NCBI GenBank assembly: GCA_002753335.1
Contig: PEAD01000008.1
Span: 62,001 to 101,527, forward strand
Direction: 5' to 3'
Origin: Nitrospirae bacterium MYbin3
GTDB lineage: Bacteria > Nitrospirota > Thermodesulfovibrionia > Thermodesulfovibrionales > Dissulfurispiraceae
DNA: 39,527 bases
Below are positions 19,018 to 27,359 of this stretch, one piece after another (position 1 is the stretch's first letter; the number at the start of each line of letters is the position of its first letter). The notes under the pieces are model-generated. The model made no database searches and had not been told where the DNA came from. It was given only the letters and a program-made list of their open reading frames with translations. The translations under genes and the position numbers were made by a program.

Positions 19018-20427
19018 ATGTCGGACAAACAAAGGCTGCTTTCGGCAATGCCTGCTGTGGATGAGGTTCTACGCTCCGCAAGCGGGATAAGCTGGCTGAA
19101 AACATATACGCGCAGATATGTTATTCAGGCTATACGAGAGATTATAGAATCCACAAGGCAGGCTATTTTGAAAGGTGAGATAACCGAACTGGTTATTGAA
19201 GATATGTTTTGTTCCATAGAAGCGCGTTTGCAGTGCCTTTCGGAACTCAGCCTGAAAACTGTTATTAATGCCACCGGCACCGTCATCCACACAAATTTAG
19301 GCAGGTCTGTGCTTACAGAAGATATCCTAGATAATGTAAAACGTGTTGCCTGCGGATATTCAAATCTTGAATACGATATCCCCGGCGGCAAGCGGGGAAA
19401 GAGATACTCGCATGTCCAGAAGTTGATCAGAGATATAACCGGCGCAGAGGCCGGACTTATCGTAAACAATAATGCCGCGGCTGTTTTAGTCTGCCTTGCA
19501 GCGCTTGCGCAGGGCAAAGAGGTTATCGTATCGCGCGGAGAGCTTGTCGAAATCGGAGGCTCATTCAGAATCCCGGATGTCATGAGCAGCAGCGGCGCTT
19601 TGCTTAGAGAGGTCGGCACAACCAATAAAACCCATATTCAGGATTACGAGCGGGCGATCTGCGACAAGACGGCGCTTCTGTTAAAGGTGCATCAGTCAAA
19701 CTACAGAATGGTCGGATTTACAAAAGCCGTTGAGCTTGATGAACTTGCTGCGCTGGGAAGAAAACACAATGTTCCGGTGATGTTCGATCTGGGAAGCGGA
19801 TGCCTCGTTGACCTGAAGCCTTACGGCATCAATATAGAACCGACCGTTCAAAGCATTGTAAAAACAGGGTGCGACATCGTCACGTTTAGCGGAGACAAAT
19901 TGTTGGGCGGCCCGCAGGGTGGCATTATTGTCGGAAAAAAGAAATTAATCGAAAAAATATCCGGCCATCCGCTTATGCGCGCAGTGAGGATAGACAAACT
20001 TACGCTTGCGGCCTTTGAATCTGTATTGATGAAATACCTTGACGAGGAGACCGCAAAAAACGAAATTCCTACGCTACGCATGCTTCTTCAAAAGCCCGAA
20101 AATATCAAGCAGAGAGCAGAAAAACTAATAGAAGCTGCTAAAGCGGTTTTGCCGAATACAGCATCGGTGACTTTGATGGAAGACTCCTCACAATCAGGAG
20201 GGGGTGCGCTGCCCGAAATAGAATTCCCAACATTCGTTGTTGCTCTGAAACCTCAAAACATATCGGTAAACAAATTGGAGGAACAGCTCAGGTTAAACAA
20301 TCCATGCATAATAGCCCGCATAAAAGACGACACCCTTATTCTCGATGCAAGGACAATTCAGGACTCCGAAATAGAAGCTGTTGCGGCCGGATTGAAGAAC
20401 GCGACAACAGATACAAATAACCGGTGA
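19018..20427 (+). CDS. selA: L-seryl-tRNA(Sec) selenium transferase
   Basis: VINATGTVIHTNLGRS, VNNNAAAV, SRGELVEIGGSFRIPDVM, EVGTTN, FSGDKLLGGPQ. Confidence 0.97.
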   Translation: MSDKQRLLSAMPAVDEVLRSASGISWLKTYTRRYVIQAIREIIESTRQAILKGEITELVIEDMFCSIEARLQCLSELSLKTVINATGTVIHTNLGRSVLTEDILDNVKRVACGYSNLEYDIPGGKRGKRYSHVQKLIRDITGAEAGLIVNNNAAAVLVCLAALAQGKEVIVSRGELVEIGGSFRIPDVMSSSGALLREVGTTNKTHIQDYERAICDKTALLLKVHQSNYRMVGFTKAVELDELAALGRKHNVPVMFDLGSGCLVDLKPYGINIEPTVQSIVKTGCDIVTFSGDKLLGGPQGGIIVGKKKLIEKISGHPLMRAVRIDKLTLAAFESVLMKYLDEETAKNEIPTLRMLLQKPENIKQRAEKLIEAAKAVLPNTASVTLMEDSSQSGGGALPEIEFPTFVVALKPQNISVNKLEEQLRLNNPCIIARIKDDTLILDARTIQDSEIEAVAAGLKNATTDTNNR

Positions 20428-20530
20428 CAGGGATAAATTCTTTTCGTTCAGAGCTGCGCATTAACTTCAGAAACCTATCCCTATCGCCGTATTGAAACAG
20501 ATACTTTTGCCTTAACCCGGCCGGTGTTTA

Positions 20531-20539
20531 TGTTATTAT
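20531..20539 (+). promoter_or_regulatory. Extended -10 element before the histidine kinase (leaderless arrangement)
   Basis: TGtTATTAT-N6-ATG; no SD. Confidence 0.5.
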
Positions 20540-20545
20540 TAATCA

Positions 20546-22003
20546 ATGTTTAAAGAGTTTCCTATCAACCTTTCTCTCAATATGCGTTTGGTGCTTATCA
20601 TGCTGTTCCTTACTTTTATCCTTATTTCGATTATCCTCGTAATATATTCGCAATCCGAAAAAAGCCTGCTTAGGGAGTTCGAAAACCAGACCCGCGAGCT
20701 TTCAAAGGCGATACAGATAGGCGTGGAGGAGGTTACATCCTCCGGAACAACCGATGAGGCGCGGCTTTCTAACTACCTCAACAATCTCAATTCAAAGGGA
20801 GTTAAAGAAATCTCGATAATCAACAATACCGACGAAATTGTGGCCAGCACAAATACAGCAAAAATTGGTCAGCCCATCACACACAAAAGAAAAGAACTGA
20901 TAATAAAAGCGGAACTAGGCGATCCCGTAACCCTTGAAGGCGGGGCATACAATGTAATACTTCCGGTTATCGCGGATAATGTTCAGTACGGCTATGTCCA
21001 CCTTAAGGTAAACAAAGACGACTTTACCGACATACTGAAGAAAAACACCATCAAAAGAATCGCCTCAACTCTCCTTGTATTCGGCTTGGGGGTCATTCTT
21101 TCGCTGCTGCTTTCAAGACACTACACCGACCCTATTAAAAAGATAGTCGATGCGGCAAGGCGTGTTGCAGCTGGCGACTTCAACCAACATATACAGGTTA
21201 AAAGCAAGGATGAGATTGGGCAGCTATCTGACAGTTTTAATTTCATGGTTGAAAGGTTGAGAGAAAACAGAGCCCTTGAAGAAAGGTTAAGAGAGGCCGA
21301 GCATTTATCAGGACTTGGCCAGCTTTCGAGGGACATAGCCCATGAAATTCGCAATCCACTTAATTTTATCAACCTGAGCGTAGAATACATTGAGGGCAAG
21401 TTTAAGCCTGCAGGCGATCAAGACTCAGAAAAATTCAACAGCCTTATTTCGGGTATAAAACTTGAGATTCAGCGGCTGAACAAACTGGTGAACGATTTCC
21501 TCGATTACAGCCGCCCTTTAAAGCTTAACCTTCAGAAAGTCTATGTCCAAACCCTTCTCGATGATGTTCTTGCACTCATCTGGGCCAAGGCAGAAGCTGA
21601 GGAAATCAGGGTGGTAAAAGAATTTAATGCTGATGTGGAGCTTGATGTGGATCCTGATCTTTTTAAGTCATGCGTCATGAACGTTATATCAAATGCCTTT
21701 CATGCTATGGGCGAATCGGCAGGCGAATCGGTATTGCGAATAAAAACAGACACCTTTGACAAAAGCTTTGTTCTTTCTATTAATGATACAGGCCATGGTG
21801 TTTCGGAAGAGAATATGTCGAGGATATTTGAACCCTTCTTTACAACAAAACCGAATGGAATCGGCATAGGGCTTCCGATGACCCGGCGGGTAATCGAAGA
21901 GCATAAAGGCAAGATCGAGTTCAAAAGCATAGAGGGCAAGGGAACGGAAGTAAAGTTTATTATGCCGGTCTCCTCCCTTAAATGCGATAGGAGTGTGAGC
22001 TGA
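20546..22003 (+). CDS. HAMP-domain sensor histidine kinase (NtrB-like)
   Basis: Two TMs around a periplasmic domain, HAMP (SKDEIGQLSDSFNFM), H-box AHEIRNPL, N box NVISNA, DTGHG, FEPFFTTK, GIGIGL. Confidence 0.95.
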   Translation: MFKEFPINLSLNMRLVLIMLFLTFILISIILVIYSQSEKSLLREFENQTRELSKAIQIGVEEVTSSGTTDEARLSNYLNNLNSKGVKEISIINNTDEIVASTNTAKIGQPITHKRKELIIKAELGDPVTLEGGAYNVILPVIADNVQYGYVHLKVNKDDFTDILKKNTIKRIASTLLVFGLGVILSLLLSRHYTDPIKKIVDAARRVAAGDFNQHIQVKSKDEIGQLSDSFNFMVERLRENRALEERLREAEHLSGLGQLSRDIAHEIRNPLNFINLSVEYIEGKFKPAGDQDSEKFNSLISGIKLEIQRLNKLVNDFLDYSRPLKLNLQKVYVQTLLDDVLALIWAKAEAEEIRVVKEFNADVELDVDPDLFKSCVMNVISNAFHAMGESAGESVLRIKTDTFDKSFVLSINDTGHGVSEENMSRIFEPFFTTKPNGIGIGLPMTRRVIEEHKGKIEFKSIEGKGTEVKFIMPVSSLKCDRSVS

Positions 22004-23398
22004 ATGGCAACTGTAATAGTAATTGATGACGAGCAACGCCAGCGCGATATAATCAAAACCATTCTCGATGATGAAGGGCACGATGTACAAACCGCTCCTT
22101 CGGCAGAAAAAGGGCTTCTGCTTATAAAATCTCTCAATCCGGATGTCGTTATAACAGACTTTAAAATGGGAGGGATGAGCGGGGTTGAACTGCTTGATGC
22201 CATACCTGACACCACAATAAAGCCTGCGGTAATAATAATGACAGCATTTGGAACAATCTCTTCGGCTGTGGAGGCTATGAAGAAAGGCGCGTTCGATTAC
22301 CTTACAAAGCCTCTCGAAAAAGAGGTTGTTATTTTTTCTGTTAGAAAAGCGGCAGAAAGAATGCAGCTGCTCCGCGAGAACATTCGCCTGCAGGAGGCGC
22401 TGTTCGCCAAGTTTAAGATCGAGGGGATAGTGGGAAGTTCAAAGAGGATGAAAGAGCTGATGGAGCTTGTAAAAAAAGTCACACCGACTAATGTCACGGT
22501 GCTCATTAACGGAGAAAGCGGCACAGGCAAAGAACTGATCGCCAGGGCAATACACTATAACAGTCCGCGGAAAACCTTTTCTTTTATTGCAATAAATTGC
22601 GCCGCAATTCCGGAGAATCTCTTAGAGAGCGAACTCTTCGGCTATGAACAGGGGGCTTTTACCGGAGCTCTATCAAAAAAAGCCGGACTATTTGAGGCCT
22701 CAAATAAAGGAACTCTATTTCTTGATGAGATAGGTGATTTGCCGGCCCTGACCCAGACAAAAATTCTGCGCGTACTTCAGGATAAAGAGGTGAGAAGGCT
22801 CGGAGCCAAAGACAGCATTGCGGTTGATGTCAGGATTCTTGCGGCCACAAACAAAAATCTCGAAAAAGAGGTGGAGGCAGGCCGCTTCAGAGAAGATCTG
22901 TATTACAGAATCAAGGTTGTGGCTGTGGAACTGCCACCTCTTCGCGAGCGCAAAGAGGATGTTCCCCTGCTCGTTGAATTCTTTATAAACAAATACAACA
23001 CAGAATTCGGAAAAAGAGTTAAAGGCATAAATGACAGTGCGCTCAAGGCTCTCAGCGAATACGGATGGCCGGGCAATATCAGGCAATTAGAGGCGGTAGT
23101 CGAGAGGGCTGTGCTTATAACAGATTCGGATACTATCGGGCTTGATGATATAAGAAGCGAACTAAGGTATTCAAAAGACAGAGGGGAATTTGAAATACAA
23201 ATACCTGACGAAGGGCTGAACTTTGAAGAACTCGAAAAAGAGCTTCTGAAAAAAGCTCTGGTAAAATCCAACAATGTAGCTGCAAAAGCTGCTCGACTGC
23301 TTGGCATGAGCTATAAAACTTTCTGGTACAGGCTCGAAAAGTTCGGAATAAACACTTCTTCCCCAAAAGAGGAGATTTCTCCTGAAAAAAGGACTTAG
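22004..23398 (+). CDS. Sigma54-dependent response regulator (REC-AAA+-Fis HTH)
   Basis: IDDE/TDFKM receiver, GESGTGKE, ESELFG, intact GAFTGA, FLDEIG, WPGNIRQL, AARLLGMSYKTFWYRL. Confidence 0.96.
   Translation: MATVIVIDDEQRQRDIIKTILDDEGHDVQTAPSAEKGLLLIKSLNPDVVITDFKMGGMSGVELLDAIPDTTIKPAVIIMTAFGTISSAVEAMKKGAFDYLTKPLEKEVVIFSVRKAAERMQLLRENIRLQEALFAKFKIEGIVGSSKRMKELMELVKKVTPTNVTVLINGESGTGKELIARAIHYNSPRKTFSFIAINCAAIPENLLESELFGYEQGAFTGALSKKAGLFEASNKGTLFLDEIGDLPALTQTKILRVLQDKEVRRLGAKDSIAVDVRILAATNKNLEKEVEAGRFREDLYYRIKVVAVELPPLRERKEDVPLLVEFFINKYNTEFGKRVKGINDSALKALSEYGWPGNIRQLEAVVERAVLITDSDTIGLDDIRSELRYSKDRGEFEIQIPDEGLNFEELEKELLKKALVKSNNVAAKAARLLGMSYKTFWYRLEKFGINTSSPKEEISPEKRT
23360..23393. promoter_or_regulatory. 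Putative upstream activator sequences (two TCC-N8-GGA dyads) inside the regulator's 3' end
   Basis: TCCCCAAAAGAGGA (23360-23373) and TCCTGAAAAAAGGA (23380-23393), 20 bp apart, upstream of a sigma54 promoter. Confidence 0.5.
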
Positions 23399-23446
23399 TT
23401 CGGCCAATTTCCTTTAAAATTGACCTATTACCCCCGCTTTTGCAGC

Positions 23447-23462
23447 TGGCACGATGCTTGCA
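23447..23462 (+). promoter_or_regulatory. Sigma54 -24/-12 promoter
   Basis: TGGCACGATGCTTGCA matches the consensus TGGCACG-N4-TTGC(A/T) at every conserved position. Confidence 0.88.
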
Positions 23463-23521
23463 TAATTCAATTCCAACTGATTACGGATTCAAAATAATAA
23501 ACATGAAGGAGGTGAATCATT

Positions 23522-23803
23522 ATGAAGAAAGCATTGGCACTTATCGTAGCTCTCGTTTTCGCTATGGCATCTTTCGCTTTTGCAGCGGATGCTCCGAAGG
23601 CAGCAGAGAAGAAGGCTGACGCCCCGAAGGCAGAGGCAAAGGCTGAGAAGAAGGCTGAAAAGGCTGCTGACAAAGCAGAAGCAAAGGCCGACAAGGCTGA
23701 GAAGAAAGCCGAAAAGAAGGCTAAGAAGGCTAAGAAGAAAGCCGAAAAAGCTGAGAAGGCTGAAGCAAAGGCTGAAGAGAAAAAGCCTGCAGATAAGAAA
23801 TAG
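23522..23803 (+). CDS. Small secreted low-complexity Ala/Lys/Glu-rich protein
   Basis: Strong SD AAGGAGGTGA; signal peptide MKKALALIVALVFAMASFAFA; mature part uses only A, K, E, D, P; terminator follows. Confidence 0.9.
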   Translation: MKKALALIVALVFAMASFAFAADAPKAAEKKADAPKAEAKAEKKAEKAADKAEAKADKAEKKAEKKAKKAKKKAEKAEKAEAKAEEKKPADKK

Positions 23804-23812
23804 TTTTTCAAT

Positions 23813-23845
23813 AAAAGGCAGCGGAATTAAACCCGCTGCCTTTTT
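23813..23845 (+). terminator. Rho-independent terminator
   Basis: AAAAGGCAGCGG-aattaaac-CCGCTGCCTTTTT. Confidence 0.85.
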
Positions 23846-23912
23846 AGTTTTAAACTTCACCCCAAATTGCAAATAATAAGCCTCTCGGCTTTTTTATATA
23901 AACGGAGGAGTT

Positions 23913-24272
23913 ATGAAAAAAACTATTGTACTTTTTAGCGTATTTATTGTGTCAATTCTATTTTCGTCATCGCTTATCGCTGCCGAAAAAATCAAAATAA
24001 AACTTATAGCCGGAGAAGTTGCGGCCATTGACGCTGCCGCCAATTCAATGACGGTTAAAAAAAGACTTAACGACTTAATCCTGACTACCAACGAAAAAAC
24101 CTTGGTCATTATAAATAAAGCTCACAAACAACTGATTGACGTGAAAGTTGGGGATAAAGTAAGAGTGAAATATTCGGACATTGAAGGCAAGGCTATCGCC
24201 AGAAGCATAGAAGTCACTCCTCCAAAAAATGAAGCCGTTGTCAACAGCGCACCGACCGCTCCAAAAAAATAA
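23913..24272 (+). CDS. Secreted small beta-rich protein (OB-fold/DUF5666-like)
   Basis: SD GGAGG, signal peptide, GEVAAID...DVKVGDKVRVKY...ARSIEV pattern. Confidence 0.75.
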   Translation: MKKTIVLFSVFIVSILFSSSLIAAEKIKIKLIAGEVAAIDAAANSMTVKKRLNDLILTTNEKTLVIINKAHKQLIDVKVGDKVRVKYSDIEGKAIARSIEVTPPKNEAVVNSAPTAPKK

Positions 24273-24342
24273 ACCTTTCTTAGTTCCCTGTTCGCCCAAA
24301 AGATCAAACATTTTTTTGTTTCTTAAACAATCTATCCATGTT

Positions 24343-24372
24343 TTGACCTTTGCAGTATCCTTAAGATAAAAT
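24343..24372 (+). promoter_or_regulatory. Putative sigma70 promoter for the dapL operon
   Basis: TTGACC-N18-TAAAAT. Confidence 0.45.
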
Positions 24373-24409
24373 ATTCAATTAACCACGCTGTTTTAGGAGG
24401 GTATTCTGA

Positions 24410-25576
24410 ATGGCCAATTTTGAACTTGCTGATAGAGTAAAGCATCTTCCGCCCTATCTCTTTGCCGCTATCGACAAAATGAAGCAGGACGCGGTTGCCA
24501 AGGGGATAGATCTTATAGACTTGAGCATAGGTGATCCAGATATACCAACGCCCGATCACATAGTTACGGCAATGAAGCAGGCTGTAGAAAAACCGGCACA
24601 CCACAGGTACCCCTCATATGAAGGAATGCTGTCATATCGGGAAGCGGTTGCTGAATGGTACAGACAGCGCTTTAATGTTGCGCTTGATCCCAAAACCGAA
24701 GTGCTTTCTTTGATCGGCTCAAAAGAAGGCATCGGCCATATACCGCTTGCATTCGTAAACCCCGGCGATGTGGTGCTTGTGCCGTCTCCCGGATATCCTG
24801 TTTATCCTGTCGGAACAATGTTTGCCGGAGGCGAGCCGTATATAATGCCGCTGAAAGAGGAGAACGCCTTTTTGCCTGACCTGTCCTCAATCCCCTCCGA
24901 TATTTTAAAACGGGCAAAACTTATGTTTCTAAATTATCCCAACAATCCGACCTCAGCAAACGCCCCTGTGGATTTTTTTAAGCATGTTATAGAGTTTGCA
25001 AATAAACACAACATCATTATTTGCCACGATGCTGCTTATTCCGAAATGTATTACGATAACAATAAGCCGAAAAGTTTTCTTGAGTTCGAAGGCGCAAAAG
25101 AGGTGGGCATAGAATTTCACTCCCTTTCAAAAACCTACAATATGACAGGCTGGAGAATCGGTTTTGCTGTTGGCAATAAAGCCGTGATTTCAGGGCTCGG
25201 AAAGATCAAATCCAATCTTGATTCAGGAGTTTTTCAGGCGGTGCAGGAGGCGTCTATCGCTGCGCTAAAAACAGATGACTCTACGCTCTCAAACATACGC
25301 AGCATCTATCAGGAGCGGCGAGATGCAATGTATGAAGGACTGAAAACTATTGGGCTTTCTCTTAATAAGCCGGGAGCCACATTTTACCTGTGGGCAAAAG
25401 TGCCGGCAGCGTTTGATTCTTCAGGCTTTGTTTCGCACCTTCTCGAAAAATGTGGGGTCCTTGGCACTCCGGGAGTTGGGTTTGGAGCCCCCGGGGAAGG
25501 ATATATCCGCTTTGCACTTACGCAACCCGTTTCCAGAATAAAAGAAGCGGTCAAGAGGATTGAGAAGGCTCTATAA
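24410..25576 (+). CDS. dapL: LL-diaminopimelate aminotransferase (class I/II PLP)
   Basis: LPPYLFA, IGSKEGIGH, NYPNNPT, HDAAYSE, EFHSLSKTYNMTGWRIG, PGVGFGAPGEGYIR. Confidence 0.8.
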   Translation: MANFELADRVKHLPPYLFAAIDKMKQDAVAKGIDLIDLSIGDPDIPTPDHIVTAMKQAVEKPAHHRYPSYEGMLSYREAVAEWYRQRFNVALDPKTEVLSLIGSKEGIGHIPLAFVNPGDVVLVPSPGYPVYPVGTMFAGGEPYIMPLKEENAFLPDLSSIPSDILKRAKLMFLNYPNNPTSANAPVDFFKHVIEFANKHNIIICHDAAYSEMYYDNNKPKSFLEFEGAKEVGIEFHSLSKTYNMTGWRIGFAVGNKAVISGLGKIKSNLDSGVFQAVQEASIAALKTDDSTLSNIRSIYQERRDAMYEGLKTIGLSLNKPGATFYLWAKVPAAFDSSGFVSHLLEKCGVLGTPGVGFGAPGEGYIRFALTQPVSRIKEAVKRIEKAL

Positions 25577-26047
25577 GTGGCCATAGCCCATATAGGCATT
25601 GGATCTAACATGGGCGATAAAAAAGCCAACTGTCTAAACGCTATAGAGGCTTTAAAAACCCATGGGGTGGCAATAAAAAAAATCTCGTCTTTTTATGAAA
25701 CCGAGCCTTGGGGCATTAAAGATCAGCCCTCTTTTATAAACGCTGCTCTTGAAGCAGAAACTGTTCTTTCTCCGCTTGAACTGCTTGAAACGATGAAAAG
25801 CATTGAAGCCGGCCTTGGGAGAACAGAAACAATAAAATGGGGGCCCCGCATCATTGATCTGGATCTTCTTTTTTACGACGACCTTGTTTTGCGCACCGAC
25901 ATATTAGAGATACCGCATCCGCATCTTTATAAGCGAGATTTTGTGCTTATGCCGCTGAACGAAATTGCACCTATGAAAAAAGATCCGGTCAGCAGCAAAA
26001 GCGTTTCTGAACTGAAAGAGGAGTATCAGCATGCTAAAAACCCTTAA
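25577..26047 (+). CDS. folK: 6-hydroxymethyl-7,8-dihydropterin pyrophosphokinase
   Basis: IGIGSNMG, YETEPWG, KWGPRIIDLDLL, IPHP, RDFVLMPL. Confidence 0.95.
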   Translation: MAIAHIGIGSNMGDKKANCLNAIEALKTHGVAIKKISSFYETEPWGIKDQPSFINAALEAETVLSPLELLETMKSIEAGLGRTETIKWGPRIIDLDLLFYDDLVLRTDILEIPHPHLYKRDFVLMPLNEIAPMKKDPVSSKSVSELKEEYQHAKNP

Positions 26048-26423
26048 TATAAAAAGCCGCGCAAAGACAGAGTTCATAGACATAACTGAAGAGGTGAAAG
26101 CGTCTGTCAGCAAAGCGGGTGTTGCGAGCGGTGTCTGTTATATTTATGTTCCGCATACAACTGCCGGTATTACTATTAACGAAGGCGCCGACCCTTCTGT
26201 AAAGCGTGATATGCTGACTTTCCTAAACAAAGCTGTCCCCTTTGAAGGTGATTACCACCATATGGAAGGCAATTCTGCCGCGCATATAAAGTCGTCTCTT
26301 GTAGGAGTTTCTCAGTCTGTTATTATTGACGAAGGCAAACCTGTTTTAGGTACGTGGCAATCCATCTATTTTTGCGAATTCGACGGTCCAAGGCATCGAA
26401 GGGTAGTATTGAAAATTGTTTGA
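26031..26423 (+). CDS. yjbQ: YjbQ/UPF0047 family protein
   Basis: PHTTAGITINE, HMEGNSAAHIK, LGTWQSIYFCEFDGPR. Confidence 0.92.
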   Translation: MLKTLNIKSRAKTEFIDITEEVKASVSKAGVASGVCYIYVPHTTAGITINEGADPSVKRDMLTFLNKAVPFEGDYHHMEGNSAAHIKSSLVGVSQSVIIDEGKPVLGTWQSIYFCEFDGPRHRRVVLKIV

Positions 26424-26450
26424 TACGGTTTCTTAAAACAAAAACATTTT

Positions 26451-27353
26451 ATGGAAAGACAAAAAATCATTGCGATTGCAGGTCCGAAAGGCGGTGTAGG
26501 TAAAAGCACCGTCTCGGCAAATCTTTCTGTAGCGTTAGCCGAAATAGGCAAAAAAGTCATCGCTGTTGATTTCGATCTAGGGGGAGCAAACCTAAATGTA
26601 TTTTTCGGCATACGCGATATCAAGCATACCTTTGATGATTTTGTAACAAAAAAAATAAGCGGTCTGGACAAGACGCTAATACAAACAAGCGTAGAAAATC
26701 TAAGGATGATTCATGGCGGAGATATTCCGAATATCGCAGACCTGCCGTACAACCAGAAAGCGGACTTAATCGTGCAGCTTTTTAAGCTCGATTGCGATGT
26801 AGCTATTCTGGATTTAGGTGCGGGTTCTTCCTACAATGTCGTGGATTTTCTTTATGCAGCGCACAAAACCCTTATAGTTACAACCCCGGAAGTGACCTCG
26901 ATTTTAAAGGTTTACGGCTTTGTGAAATCCGCACTGTTCAGATGGCTCACGTTTCATTTTAAAACCCGTCAGTCTGAAGGATTGCTTTCTCTTTTAGAAA
27001 AAGCCCGCGACCCAAAGAAAAATCCTGAACTAAAAACCATGGATGATTTTTTTAGAAGCGCCGAACAGATAGACCCCGAAGCCGCAGAATCCGCAAAAAA
27101 AATCCTGACCACTTTCAAACCAACTATCATTGTCAACAGGGTAAGAACACCTAACGACGCAAAAGCTGGGGATTCTATCAAAGCGCTAATGGGGCAGTAT
27201 TTAGGAATCTCAAGTGATGCTGTAATAATAATACCTGAGGACGATACGGTAAGAAAATCTATAGCATCGATGAAGCCTCTTTTGGTTCAGAACCCTGCTG
27301 CGCCCTTCTCTTTGGCCATTAAACAGCTGGCATTAAAACTTCTCGAAAACTAA
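26451..27353 (+). CDS. MinD/FlhG/ParA-family ATPase
   Basis: Deviant Walker A KGGVGKS, DFDLGGANL, LDLGAG, VTTPE, IIVNRV. Confidence 0.9.
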   Translation: MERQKIIAIAGPKGGVGKSTVSANLSVALAEIGKKVIAVDFDLGGANLNVFFGIRDIKHTFDDFVTKKISGLDKTLIQTSVENLRMIHGGDIPNIADLPYNQKADLIVQLFKLDCDVAILDLGAGSSYNVVDFLYAAHKTLIVTTPEVTSILKVYGFVKSALFRWLTFHFKTRQSEGLLSLLEKARDPKKNPELKTMDDFFRSAEQIDPEAAESAKKILTTFKPTIIVNRVRTPNDAKAGDSIKALMGQYLGISSDAVIIIPEDDTVRKSIASMKPLLVQNPAAPFSLAIKQLALKLLEN

Positions 27354-27359
27354 TAATTT

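Noticed and set aside
20428..20545. Possible tRNA-Sec after selA
   Set aside because: No cloverleaf, TCA anticodon arm or T-arm could be built.
23580..23800. Short DNA repeats (aaggctga) as a CRISPR or tandem array
   Set aside because: Imperfect in-frame codon repeats with no constant repeat-spacer structure and no cas genes.
23467..23876. Overlapping Arg-rich, Leu/Phe-rich and Ser/Ala/Phe-rich ORFs
   Set aside because: Frame and strand shadows of the low-complexity A/K/E gene, which alone has an SD, signal peptide and promoter.
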